The position numbers and the translations under genes were made by a program. 64,000 nt of DNA from Octopus vulgaris (taxonomy: Eukaryota): positions 86,304,001 through 86,368,000 of the forward strand of contig OX597820.1 in the NCBI GenBank assembly GCA_951406725.2. The letters run 5' to 3'. The notes under the pieces are model-generated. The model was not told where the DNA came from. It made no database searches and worked only from the letters and a program-made list of their open reading frames with translations. Positions 1 to 12,524 of this stretch are shown piece after piece. The first letter of the stretch is position 1. Each line of letters begins with the position of its first letter.

Positions 1-161
<161 letters not shown>

Positions 162-399
162 GCTTAAAATGTATACAGATAACTATATATAGATATAAAT
201 AGATAAGTTTAAAATGCAATGTGTGCCCTCTTGAAGGACAATCAAATAATACTATCATATTTTTTTATAATATTAGTTGATATTCCGTCTGCAGAATTTT
301 TAATAGAAGATATATGATATTTACTACGTGTACAAATTTGAAACTCCTATCAGCAAATGAAACATGTGTAATGGAATATAAATAATACCAATCCTCTAT

Positions 400-489
400 A
401 CTCATATACGTGTGTATGTATGTATACCTATACATATGTATATATATGTATACAGATATATAAGAATGCATATATAAAAACACAGATAC

Positions 490-524
<35 letters not shown>

Positions 525-801
525 ATATAAGCATTCATATAAATACATCTATGTATTTATAATTATATATATATATGTTAGCTTTGTTTATATATCTACT
601 ATATAGGTTATTTATATATATTTCTGTTTGTGTTTGGTGTGTGTGTGCATGTGATTGTGTATTTATATATATGCCTGTGTGTGTATATACGTGTATGTAC
701 GTATATGTATGCACATGAATGTGTGTATTTATATGCATATATATGTGAAGGTATACATTATATATATATATATACTGATAATTTGTTCATATATATATAT
801 G

Positions 802-896
<95 letters not shown>

Positions 897-1062
897 ATAC
901 ATACATCTGTGCGGGTGAGTATGTGTGTGTGCATGTGTATGGGGTGGTGTTTCTGTGTATGAATGTTTGTATATACACATCTACATAACATTGGCTTTCT
1001 GCCTAGACGCAACTAGTACCAACCTTCACCACAACCACTATTAAAACTACTACTACTACTAC

Positions 1063-1112
<50 letters not shown>

Positions 1113-1115
1113 TTG

Positions 1116-1150
<35 letters not shown>

Positions 1151-1750
1151 GCCGCGGACAGTGCTACTGCTGCTGCGGCTGCTCCCATTACAAAGAATGC
1201 AGCATTTTAAATTGAAATTATATATACTTTATGGTCTATTGTTTCCTTGATATGAATGCTATCGCAGTTGTTGTTGCTCTTGTGTTTCCTAGTATTCTTA
1301 GTGGTTGTTATTAGCACTGAGTTGTTGCCGTTGTTGTTGTTGTTGTCGTTGCTGCAGCTGCTGAGGCCAACTTCAGATATTGAAAAATCACTGAAGCAAA
1401 TTTTGAAATGCTCTGTTACTTTTAGCATTAGTAGTTGATCTCTTCTTTACCCCAATGTGTTTAGGAGAGTTCATATCTACATGTATATGTATTGCCTCTG
1501 TTGTCTGTGCGTATGTGGGAATGTGTATATCTATGTGTGCATACATTTGATTATATATATATGTACGTGTATCCCTTTCAATTTGTTTGCGCACACGTTT
1601 ATGTAGATTGTGTATGTGCAAAAACATAATACATATATGATATACATGATATATATATATGCATATATATTCTGTATAAGAGAGGTTATATATCATTTTA
1701 TGTGAATATGTGTATATATATGTCTATATATACATATATAAATGTGTGTG

Positions 1751-1812
<62 letters not shown>

Positions 1813-2026
1813 TATATGTGTATATATACATATATATATATACTTATATATATATGTTATATATCATTTTACGTGTATATATGTATATATATGTATATAT
1901 GTGTATATATAAATGTACGTATATATATATATATATATATATACAGACACATGTAAATATGCATATAAGTATATGTATATGCATATATGTGTGTGTATAT
2001 ATAGATATGTATGTAAACAGAGATGG

Positions 2027-2071
<45 letters not shown>

Positions 2072-2200
2072 GATTGTTAGCTACATAGATATATTCATAC
2101 ACATATATTATACATATATACTATATACTTACTTAAGTACACTTACATACATAAACTTACACACACATACACACATATACACACACAGACCCATACATAT
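400..2200. repeat. Degenerate (TA)n/(TG)n/(ACT)n/(AAT)n simple-repeat region
   Basis: Direct reading; source of the YI/CV/HT-rich spurious ORFs. Confidence 0.9.
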
Positions 2201-2371
2201 ATAATGGAAACCTCTGTTTATATATTTCGACATTCATATTCGTTTAGAAAGTGTGTTAGCTGTATGGCGTATGTGCCTATGTACATATGCCGACATAGTG
2301 TAAATACATAGACATATAGTCACGTATATTTACACACACACACCTATATATGTACGTTACACAATGTAAAG

Positions 2372-2554
2372 TTTTACGATGCTTTTGAAATGTTAAAATT
2401 TTACAATGCCATTAATCAGAGTTTCGCGCTGTGAATGATCACCAGATGACTTCACAGTATGAAGTAATGGCAACGCAAGTTTTTTTTTGTTTGTTTTTGT
2501 TCATGTTTTTCAATGAATTGTTAAACATTTTAACTTTTGAATAGCATTGTAAAA
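2372..2554 (-). mobile_element. Palindromic, probably Penelope-derived element with degenerate hammerhead motif
   Basis: Imperfect inverted repeat 2372-2413 / 2512-2554 with a small central hairpin near 2446-2468. Minus strand 2408-2450 reads GTCAT CTGGTGA...GAAACTCTGATTA ATGGC. Confidence 0.5.
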
Positions 2555-2599
2555 TTCAAAGTTTTGAAAGAAAAATAAATAAGTTCATTGATTACTTTA

Positions 2600-2641
<42 letters not shown>

Positions 2642-3318
2642 TGCACACATGCATTGACTTCGTATATATGTCTTTGTCTACTACACGTGTATATATATAT
2701 ATATATATGTGTGTATGTATGTATATATACATGTGTGTGTGTGTTTATTTGGTTGTGCTTAGTGTTTTCCTCTATTCAGGTACATATTTGTTAACGGGTT
2801 TTCTTTAATGTATATAGAATTTAAAATAACAGCATATGTTTGGTTCCTGGTTTTACGTTTCAATTTAATATTTCCAATTAGTCTAATACTTTTGTGTTAT
2901 TTTGAATAGAAACTCGAAAAGTTATACCTACAAAGCCTTTGTGTACCTAATTTTTCGGCGAAGATATACTCATCATCAAGCATGTATTTTTCAAAGTTAC
3001 CTATTGTTACACTTTTTGAAAAGCCAAAATCTAGTAACTTCTTTGTGCTTGTACAAATATTGTTGCTTTCATTGTTTGATGTGACGACTGAGCCCCAGCG
3101 TGGCAACTAGTCCAATGACTGTGGTCATACTGGGGCACTAACGTCATAGTGTCTCAGTCAATTATATCGATTTGAATAGTTATTACAGGTTGCTAATTAT
3201 TTTATTCTCATATTTCCACGAATGACTAAATTAAGTCTCTTGACACTATGCGGGTAATTTTCACGACTGTTAATGTAAATATAGCGATGGACATTGCCAT
3301 GCATACACATCCGTTGGT

Positions 3319-3394
<76 letters not shown>

Positions 3395-3495
3395 GTATAA
3401 ATACATGCATAAGTACACTCACACACATACGCACTCATAAATAGCTATACATAAATATGGATCCATGCGTGAAAATATATGTCTATACATATATA

Positions 3496-3694
3496 CGAGG
3501 GGGCGCTGAAAAGTTCATGGCTTTGGGTCAAGCGAAAAACTGGAGGATCAATTAATTATAATTTTGTTGAACATAATCACTTCTCACATTCACACGCTTA
3601 TCACAGTGGTCTTGTAAGAGAACTCAGGAGGTGGAGGCTCCAACCAGGCCTTTCGCGATACCCTCAAAGACAGGAACGTTTCAGTATTACCTCG
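3496..3694. mobile_element. Mariner-type MITE (~200 bp)
   Basis: Left end CGAGGGGGCGCTGAAAAGTTC versus reverse-complemented right end CGAGGTAATACTGAAACGTTC; TA on both flanks (3494-3495, 3695-3696). Confidence 0.75.
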
Positions 3695-4135
3695 TACACA
3701 TATTCATACATAGCAATTAATTTTAAATGTGTGTATAGACCTTGTTTTTTTGCCGTTTAAAGTCTAATTATTGTATTCGGTTATCTGTTGTCATCAACAG
3801 CATGGATTGATTTAAATGCCTCTGGCTTTACTGCAGGAATTCCTTCGTGTTTGTAGAGTTTATAAAATATGAGAGAAATAGAAATAAAGTTGTATGCATC
3901 ATTGACGCACCACAACTGTTTGCACAGCATCTTTCCTGCCAGGCACTGATATACGATGGGTCAAAACGATCGTAGTAAATAATATTTTCGGGAAGCCCGC
4001 CTTCTTTCTCCTTCTATAACATACATAGATATGTAAACATACATATATACATATGTATACATATATACATAAATATACGAGTGTGTGCGTGTGTGTGAGT
4101 GTGTGTGTGTCTGTGTATGTGTGTAAGTATATATA

Positions 4136-4182
<47 letters not shown>

Positions 4183-5413
4183 CCGGGGTTGGACAAAATA
4201 ATGGAAATACCTTAAGATTTCAAACAAATTTATTTTAATATGGGTAGAACCGCCTTTGGCAGTAATTACAGCTTAAAATCTACGAGGTATGGACTCGTAC
4301 AAAATTTGAATTGTTTCCAAAGTAATTTTTGTTCATTCTTCAGCTAAAACAGTCTACAGTTTTTGAAGTGATGATGCTGGAGGATATCGGCTCCTTACTT
4401 GTTTTACTAAAATGCACCATAAATGTTTAATAACATTGAGATCTGGTGACTGTGGTGGTCAGATTAGATGTTCAACTTCACTAGAATGTTCCTCGTGCCA
4501 TTCAGTAACAAATTAGCAGTGTTTATTGGTGTATTTTCATCTTGAAAGATTGCACTTCCCTCCGGAAACAGTTCGCGCAACCAAAGGATGAATTTGATCA
4601 GATAAATTGCTTAAATATTCTTCACTATTAATTCTGCTATGAAGGGATTTCCAAGATATATACCCACAGTTCATCAAAGATCCTCCTCCATGTTGGAAGA
4701 AGGTAGTCTGTGTCAAATGCTTCTTTTGGCTGTCTCCATAAGTATACCCGGCCGTGGTCGGACAAAAAGTAAAGGATGACTCGTCTGAGAAAATAACATT
4801 CTTCCACTGCTCTAGGGACCAATTCTCTAAGTTTTTACTCAACTCTAAATGCTTTGCAACATTTGTTTTTGAAAGTGTGGTTTTCTGATTGCAGCCCTCC
4901 CGTGAAATCGGACTTTGTGCAGCTCCCGGCGAACAGTTTTTGTGGAAACTGTTTTCTCGAGGTAGTCAATACGTTCTGTACTAATTTTGGTTAGCTGTAC
5001 TTTTTGTGATCCTTTCTAACAATTCGCGTAAGAGTCTGATGATCCTTATCTGAATGTTTTGGTCTTCTTCCAGAGTTTTGTTTCGACGAGGAGGTTTTTC
5101 CCACTTTCTCAAATGCTGTCATTACTTTCGAGACGGTTCTTCTTGATACATCAAACATTTCGAATGTTTTCGTTTCTCTAGCGCCTGACATACAAGCACC
5201 AACAATTTGACCTCGTTAAAAGGCCGATAAATCTGTTATTTTAATGAACTTTAACTACATTTTCTGATATCTGAAAAGAAAAAAACAATTTTATCAAAAC
5301 ATGTTAAGCAACACTAATATTAAATCAAAAACGATAAAAAAAAAGCTTTTATAGATGTCTTAAAATGTTTATGCTATAATGCTAGGTGTTTCCATTATTT
5401 TTTCCAACCTCTG
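4183..5413 (-). mobile_element. Tc1-family DNA transposon, full-length degenerate copy
   Basis: ~30-bp TIRs (CCGGGGTTGGACAAAATAATGGAAATACCT / AGGTGTTTCCATTATTTTTTCCAACCTCTG); left end follows a TA run. Confidence 0.93.
4235..5239 (-). pseudogene. Tc1 transposase pseudogene (frameshifts, start codon lost)
   Basis: ORF pieces VSRRTVSKVM..SGRRPK (HTH region), WKNVIFSDESSF (first catalytic D), HGGGSLM, C-terminal GGSTPY*. Confidence 0.92.
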
Positions 5414-6656
5414 AATATATCATATACATGTATGTTTGTGCGTGTGTGTGTGTATGCGTGCGTGTGTACGGTAGTCTGTACAAGTCAACACAAGACTTTC
5501 GTAGAAGAGCCACAATGGAATTGAATCTAGAACATTAACTACGTTGTTTAGTCGTTGTTTACAGAGAAGGATCGATTAACTCTTTGACTGTTTGATTAGC
5601 CTGCAACAGCCTTTAATATGAAAACTGTCTTTTCTGATCTTATGTTTAGTTTCATATCACTGGATTTTTGAGAGATTTGTTTTTATTACATAACAGAATA
5701 ATCTTTCTCATTATGCATTATGCATTGTGCGTGAAGTGCTGGTGGATGGAGGGTGTTTTACATTAATTGACGCTAATTGAAACTCATGCAACGTCATCGA
5801 ATTAATGTTTATATATTAAGTAGTTGAATTCAAATGCAAGCGATGTCAACTGTGGTTCCAATAAAATAAAATATCAATAAATTACTAAAATCGATTTCTC
5901 TCGTGATTTTTTGAGATAAAATATCGATTGAGAATCTTGAAAAAATTTTCTTAGTTTTGTTTATGCTTTAAGGGTAAATGATGGTGGAACCCGCAACAGG
6001 CATATCATTCCAAGTGACTTTGAAAAACATATTAGCGGATCAATACTCCTAACAGTTGTCGGATGAGTTACGTCTATTACAGCATCGACAGAAATAAAGG
6101 AGGAGGGGGTGGAGGAGGAGGAGAAGGAGGAGGAGGAGTATTCTGTCGCATTATTGCCGTAATAGAGGATAAATCCTCTTTGATAGTGGTCTTGCTATTT
6201 AATCTCCAGTTTGATCTGCATTAACAAAGGTAGGTTTGAATTTGTAGAAGTTGTAATCATACTGCTGTTATTCGGATATTATGTGACTAATACAACGTTA
6301 TCTATTACGCACTTCCTTTATTATGATGGAAAGTTTGTAATATGAGAGAAACTTGATTGCTATTTCTAAGAAGGTCAATGACCAATGAGACATCCCACAT
6401 TGATTTTTTTCTATTTATTTATTTATTGTTCTCGTTGTTTAATCCTAGGTCCAACTCTACAGAGGGGACTTATTATCACTTATCTATTATATTCAAGAAT
6501 AGTCTGGTAGAGGACGCGTGTAATCTAAACATTATATAATTTCAATTGCTTTTAAGATGGTAGGATCTGATTTGATGGTGAAATTACTTTTAATTTTCAC
6601 ACGTTAAACGAGACATAAATGATCCCGCGTTTGAAAATAGTGCTAATATATTATTA

Positions 6657-6990
6657 GGTGTCTTTGTGACAAGAGGCCTGCTTTCGAACCACATGGTTTA
6701 GAGTTCAATCCCACTGCGGGAATTTTTTAGCAAGTGCCTTCTATCATGGCCCAGGGTTGACCAAGAACTTGTGAGTGAATTTGGTAGGCGGAAACTGAAA
6801 GAAGCACGTCGTTTATCTTTTTGCGTCTTTATTCTTGATAACCGTTGTTGGTTTGTTTACGTAACTGTAACGTAGCAGTTCGGCAATGTAAGCTGATAGA
6901 ATAAGTATCAGGCTTTAAAAAAACTATAAGTAATGGGGTTGCTAGAAACAATAAGTAATGGGTTTGCTCGAGTAAGACCTTCAAGACTGT
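6657..6990 (+). mobile_element. tRNA-derived SINE family A, degenerate
   Basis: Alignable by eye to the copies at 13906 and 39466 (aaccacatggtt..., gtgagtgaatttggtaggcggaaactgaaagaagc). Confidence 0.75.
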
Positions 6991-7212
6991 TATCCAGCAT
7001 GGTTGCATTAATTAACTCACACATGTAAAAGATAAAGTAATTTTTTCTGTTATCGGTCAAATATATCTGCTTTCTGTAATGTATTTTGTGATGTACTAAT
7101 GATGCGTTACTCAAATCTTTTTCTGGTTTCCTGATATTGTTATTGTTTGGTTTCAAACTTTTGTATTTCTCAAAGGTAATCTTGCAGGATCCCAATTTCT
7201 TATACAGACACT

Positions 7213-7359
7213 TTGAGTTTAAATTCCACCGAGGTCGACTTTGCCTGTCATCCTTTCGGGGTCAATAAATTAAGTACCAGTTGCGTACTGGTGTCGATCT
7301 AACTGACTGGTCCCCTCCCCAAACAATTTCGGGTCCTGTGCCTAGAGTAGAAAAGAATA
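7213..7359 (+). mobile_element. SINE family B, 3' portion
   Basis: gaggtcgactttgcctgtcatcctttcggggtcaataaattaagtaccag core shared with other copies. Confidence 0.85.
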
Positions 7360-7669
7360 TGGTTGGGGCGAAGGTACAGACGATCGTTTCTAAATATATC
7401 ATATTGACCTTTGAAGAAGATTTTTTAGCCTCTAAGATTAGAATCGAATGTTTTAAAGTGGAAACTGAATACCACTGAGATATGTTCACCAATGCTGTAC
7501 TGTTTCAGCCAGCTCCCTACCCCTGTAACTTGGTACAATAATTATTTTGTGGGATTTAGGCTCAAGGTGAAGAGTTCTGAGGGAAAAGGCTCATCAATAC
7601 CATCGACCCCTATACACTCTATTGTGGGTTTAAATCCCGGCGATTTAAAAACACACAAGGCACACTAAT

Positions 7670-7880
7670 AATGGTTTTAGATGTAGGCACAGGCCCTGGA
7701 GTTTTTGAGGTGATGAAGCAGTTGATGCCAACGACGCCAATGCTGGTATTTCTTTTACCAACCCCGAAAGAATGAAATGCAAAGTCTAACACGTCGGTAT
7801 TGAAACTCAGAACGTAAAGAATCGGAAGAAATTTCGCTAAACATCCAGTTTGCTAACGATGCTGCAGGCTTTCCACCTGA
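7670..7880 (-). mobile_element. SINE family B, old degenerate copy
   Basis: accccgaaagaatgaaatgcaaagtc...gaaactcagaacgtaaag is the reverse complement of the family core. Confidence 0.65.
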
Positions 7881-8296
7881 ATGAACACTAATAATGAATA
7901 TGAATTCATTCAATCTTCAATATCCAACCCTTAGTTTATAATGCCCTTCTCTATTTCTCTACATATATAGCAATACCTCAAGTTATCTACACTATCTTAA
8001 ACTCTAATACTTTTCTTTGAGCCGGCAAGGTAAACTAAGTCGTCACACAAACTGCAGGAATTACCAGTAAACTTTCACTACAAGTTTTTCTAGGAATAAA
8101 GTATATTGATATAGGATGATCCAAAAAACATTACATTGAAAAAGATGTGTTGAAAACGGTTATAATGCCAATTGATCATGAAAACTGACCTTGGGGTAAA
8201 CAACACCACCAACAACCTCACTAACTCATTAGTATATATTAAATATGTTTGGTTCTGCTGCTTCCCCATATTAAATATCATAGTTCAATGGAATAT

Positions 8297-8662
8297 CGTG
8301 GCACTCTGGTGGTTACGACGACGAAGGTTCCAGTTGATCGGATCAACTGGAACCCTCGTGAAATTAACGTGTAAGTGGTTAAGCACTTCACAGACACGTG
8401 TTCACGGGGAGTTTCAGCATGACATAGTGTGTGACAAGGCTGGCCCTTTCAAATACAGGTACAACTGAAACAGAAAGAAAGGGTGAGAAAAAGTTGTGGC
8501 GAAAGAGTACAGCAGGGTTCGCTACCAACCTCTGCCGGAGCCTCGTGGAGCTTTTAGGTGTTTTCGCTCGATAAACACTCACAACACTCTGGTTGCGAAT
8601 CAAAACCACGATCCCACGACCGCGAGTCAGCTGTCCCAACCACTAGGCCATTGCGCCTCCAC
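8297..8662 (-). mobile_element. tRNA-derived SINE family C, full-length with TSD
   Basis: Minus-strand head GTGGAGGCGCAATGGCCTAGTGG (A box) and GGTTTTGATTCG (degenerate B box); flanking direct repeat caatggaatat (8286-8296) / caatggcatat (8663-8673). Confidence 0.8.
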
Positions 8663-8715
8663 CAATGGCATATATGTATATGTATGTATATATGTGTATC
8701 TATCTATATATATAT

Positions 8716-8940
8716 TACGGAGGTGTACTTGCATAGCAAGTGATTTGATCTGAGATCGTGTGCTGAAACGAAAACAATTGCAGCGTGGAAGGTGTTTGCA
8801 AGCCATTTAAGAAACACACAAAAGCCGTTCGATTCACTTCAACATTTAAGTTTAATTTGTCAAAATATTTTCGTCGCTTTAAGACCGCGACCTGTTCACT
8901 GACAAAAATCCGTGCTGCATCTCAGAGATGCAGCACGGAT

Positions 8941-8945
<5 letters not shown>
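8716..8945 (-). mobile_element. Short, probably Penelope-derived (pLTR-like) element with terminal palindrome, inserted in (TA)n
   Basis: Perfect 17-bp-arm palindrome at 8907-8941 adjacent to a hammerhead fold; TA runs on both sides. The Penelope assignment is inferred from architecture. Confidence 0.6.
8856..8906 (-). ncRNA. Minimal type I hammerhead ribozyme-like motif, G3-C8 core variant
   Basis: TTTGTCA GTGAACA G GTCGC ggtcttaaa GCGAC GAA AATATT T TGACAAA: 7-bp stem I, 5-bp stem II, self-complementary stem III. Confidence 0.62.
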
Positions 8946-8997
<52 letters not shown>

Positions 8998-9002
8998 CAT
9001 AC

Positions 9003-9190
9003 TTGGAATTTACAAAAAAGCAGAAGACGAAGACAGGTGTGTATACAACAAACAGGTGTATAGATTTATCGCTCGGGAAAGTAAGAAAAGCTTACGTTTC
9101 GAGCCTACGCTCATCAACAGAAAGGAACACGAGAAAATAAACAGAGAAAGAATAAAAAAAAAGCTTTAGTACCTAGCGGTCAATGATATT
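9003..9190 (-). mobile_element. Short, probably Penelope-derived element with degenerate hammerhead motif
   Basis: Minus strand 9088-9125: CTGTTGA T GAGC gtag GCTC GAA ACGT A; adjoins a (TA)n tract. Confidence 0.55.
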
Positions 9191-9234
9191 CGTATGTATA
9201 TTTAAATGAAGATATTCATGTAATGATAATACTT

Positions 9235-9378
9235 AAGGAGGTTCTGCCGAGATCGACTTTACCATTCAATCTTTCAGGGTCAATAAAATAAGCACCATTT
9301 GAGCACTGAGGTCGATTTAATTGACTTGGCCCCCTCCCTACAAAAACTGCTGGCTTTGTGCCAAAAATTGAAACCAGT
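9235..9378 (+). mobile_element. SINE family B, 3' portion, degenerate
   Basis: gagatcgactttaccattcaatctttcagggtcaataaaataagcacc core. Confidence 0.7.
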
Positions 9379-9638
9379 GTATAAAGAAGTTAGTGTGTAT
9401 AGTAATGATATATACGGTGTTCGTTTATTCTTTGATCCTCACTGTATACATGTACCATATGTGAATGGTATATCTAGTCTAATGGACGGGCTGGATATAT
9501 TAACTGTCATTCGTTTGTGTGCGAGCGCGCGTGCGTAAATATAAAAGAAAAACTGTTACTCAATTTTATAAACAAGCACAAAAACACTACTCTAAATACG
9601 TGTAAGATATAACACTCATGTAAAGAGATGTGATGGTA

Positions 9639-9692
<54 letters not shown>

Positions 9693-10249
9693 GTGGTGAT
9701 GAGGATGAGAGGGAGGAGGTCATATTCATACCTTGATGTCAATTCAAGGTTCCGCATCTTTAAACTCAACATCAATATTCGTATACCCTGGTTACTCATC
9801 TCAATATTTTCCATATATTTTATGATATACGTATGAACATTTGCAACAAAAGGCCAAAGAGATGAACCCATCCATATGCCATCCTCTTTGTAAAGAGTTA
9901 CCGAGTGGGATTTCTAAATCCCAAATCTATGATTCATTCCTTTGAATAAACATTTGATGACATACGCAAGTGTACGGATCTAGTATTCAATAATTGTAGA
10001 TATGTCAAATGATGATATATCGATGGTAATGTAGATTGAAACATTAGTAAATAGATTATCTATAGCTAAGAACACTGGAATCCTGTCAGCTTTTAGCAGA
10101 CTTTAGGAGAAGCAGATCCATAAATTGTTGTGTAGTGTTTACCCACTTCCAGACATCAATTCGTTCTCTCAAAAGACTGACAACAAACTTCTACTACGGA
10201 ACGACAAACAAAAATTGTAAAATATTTGTCGTATAAAAAGAGTGAATGG

Positions 10250-10975
10250 AGATTCAAGAAGATGAAGAAGAAGAAGAAGAAGAAGAAGAAGAAAGGAGAA
10301 TAAGAAGAAAAGAAGATGAAGAAGAAGGAGGAGGAGGAGGAGAATAAGAAAAGAAGATGAAGAAGGAGGAGGAGGAGGGGGAGTAAAAAAAGGAGAAAAG
10401 AAGATAAGAAAAGGGAGGAGGAGGAGTAAAAAAAAGGAGAAAAGAAGATGAAGAAAAAGGCGGAGGAGGAGGAAGAGGAAGAGGAGGCGTAGGAAAAGAA
10501 GGAGGAGGAGGAGAATAAGCAGAAAAGAAGAAGATGAAGAAGGAGGAGGAAGAAGGAGGAGGAGGAGGAGAAGAAGAAGGAGGAGAATAAGCAGAAAAGA
10601 AGAAGATGAAGAAGGAGGAGGAAGAAGGAGGAGGAGGAGGAGGAGAAGAATAAGCAGAAAAGAAGAAGATGAAGAAGGAGGAGGAAGAAGGAGGAGGAGG
10701 AGGAGAATAAGCAGAAAAGAAGAAGTTGAAGAAGGAGGAGGAAGAAGGAGGAGGAGGAGGAGAATAAGCAGAAAAGAAGAAGATGAAGAAGGAGGAGTAA
10801 GAAGGAGGAGAATAAGCAGAAAAGAAGAAGTTGAAGAAGGAGGAGGAAGAAGGAGGAAGAGGAGGAGAATAAGCAGAAAAGAAGAAGATGAAGAAGATGA
10901 AGAAGAAGAAGAAGAAGAAGAAGAAGAAGAAGAAGAAGAAGAAGAAGAAGAAGAAGAAGAAGAAGAAGAAACGAT
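10250..10975. repeat. Polypurine (GAA/GAG) minisatellite, ~50-70 bp higher-order unit, ending in (GAA)n
   Basis: Unit gagaataagcagaaaagaagaagatgaagaaggaggaggaagaaggagg... recurs about seven times. Confidence 0.92.
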
Positions 10976-11502
10976 GACAACGGCGGCAACAGAAACCAGG
11001 AGACTAAGAATGGTAGACGAAAGTAAGCAAGTAGACGGAGGAGGGGCGAACAGAACAAAGAAAATAACGATAACGGCGACTAAGATGATGTAAACAATGA
11101 CGACGACGATGGCGACGATGATCATAGAAATTATGATCATGGTGTTGTAGGGAATGATATTTCCTTGATCTGGAGATATCAATTTCTTCTTACATTTTTA
11201 TTTCAAGATGTTTGTCATCAATAGAATATATTACACTTCTTCACACTGAATTTGATCACCTATTAATTCTAAGCAAACGACTAGCCTACATAACATAACA
11301 GAATATATTCATTTAAGCGTCGAGACTTCCTTCCTCACTCGTTCTTATTCATTGGGTTGTATCATTGCAGTTTCAATATTTCTTCGTTCCTTTGTCTATT
11401 CATGCTTCATGTTTCAGGACTGAATTGATCAGTCTGTAAGTTTCGTCTTCAGACTCGTGTGTCACTGCGAATAGCATTTTATTTTAATATCGTACCACAG
11501 GC

Positions 11503-12178
11503 AAGGTGTCGATTTGGCAGAAACGTTAGCACGCCGAGCGAAATGCGCCGGGTCGATTAAATAAGTACCAGTTACCCACCGGGTCGATGTAATCGACTTA
11601 ATCCGTTTGTCTGTTCTTGTTTGTCCCCTCTATGTTTAGCCTCTTGTCGGCAAGAAAGAAATAAGAAACGTTTGCACGCCGTGTGAAATGCTTAGCAGTA
11701 TTTCGTCTGAGTTCAAATTTCGTTCTAAGTTCAAATTCCGCCGAGGTCGACTATGCCTTTCATCCTTTCGGGGTCGATAAACTAAGTACCAGTTACGCAC
11801 TGGGGTCGATATAATCGACTTAATCCGTTTGTCTGTCCTTGTTTGTCCTCTCTGTGTTTAGCCCCTTGTGGGTAGTAAAGAAATAGGTATTTCGTCTGCC
11901 GCTACGTTCCTAGTTCAAATTCTGCTGAGGTCGACTTTGTCTTTCATCCTTTCGGGATCGATATATTACGCACTGGGGCCGATATAATCGACTTAATCCG
12001 TTTGTCTGTCCTTGTTTGTCCTCTCTGTGTTTAGCGTTCTGAGTTCAAATTCCACTGAGGTCGACTTTGTCTTTCATCCTTTCGGGGTCGATATATTAAG
12101 CACCGGTTACGTACTGGGGTCGATCTAATCGACTGGCCCCCTCCACAAAAATTTTGGGCCTTGTGCCCAAAAAGAATA
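11503..12178 (+). mobile_element. SINE family B, tandem multimer
   Basis: Head ggcagaaacgttagcacgccg, then gttcaaattc..gaggtcgac...gtcgat..aatcgacttaatccgtttgtctg repeated 3-4 times, then the standard tail. Confidence 0.88.
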
Positions 12179-12524
12179 TCGTGGCATAGGTGTCAAGCTC
12201 TGGAGATATAAAGCGAATAGAAGGGGACTGCTGGGGGACCTGATCACAAATGAGATGGGGAAAAAATGTCAGGTGAGGAAGTAAGATTTTTTTGAGGTGT
12301 CACTTGAATGGAGGCGTTCCGCGAGAAGGAACGTGCGACAGGAGTTTCTGTGTATTCTGGACATTAATTCGGGTTTTGAGAGTCTTGTCTCTGAGTGTGC
12401 TGCTGGCAAATTCAAGCTGGCGATTCAGAAGTTCTCTTCGAAGTCGTTCCAAGGAGTTAAAATAAGATACTTTTTCTCATTTTTATAACAAATTTATAAA
12501 GTTAAACGTTTCAACAGGGATTTG

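Noticed and set aside
2897-3106. KLLDFGFSK kinase-like DFG motif
   Set aside because: No HRD or APE context and no convincing exon; the ORF start overlaps a SINE tail fragment. Likely chance.
10156-11182. 300-aa and 337-aa minus-strand ORFs
   Set aside because: They are translations of the TTC/CTC-rich strand of a minisatellite, which lacks stop codons by composition; no domain.
11503-12178. Regularly spaced repeats resembling a CRISPR array
   Set aside because: The spacers are themselves repeated and the unit is a SINE body; eukaryotic context with no cas genes.
12230-12470. Possible L2-group LINE 3' remnant
   Set aside because: Similarity too weak to support without a search.
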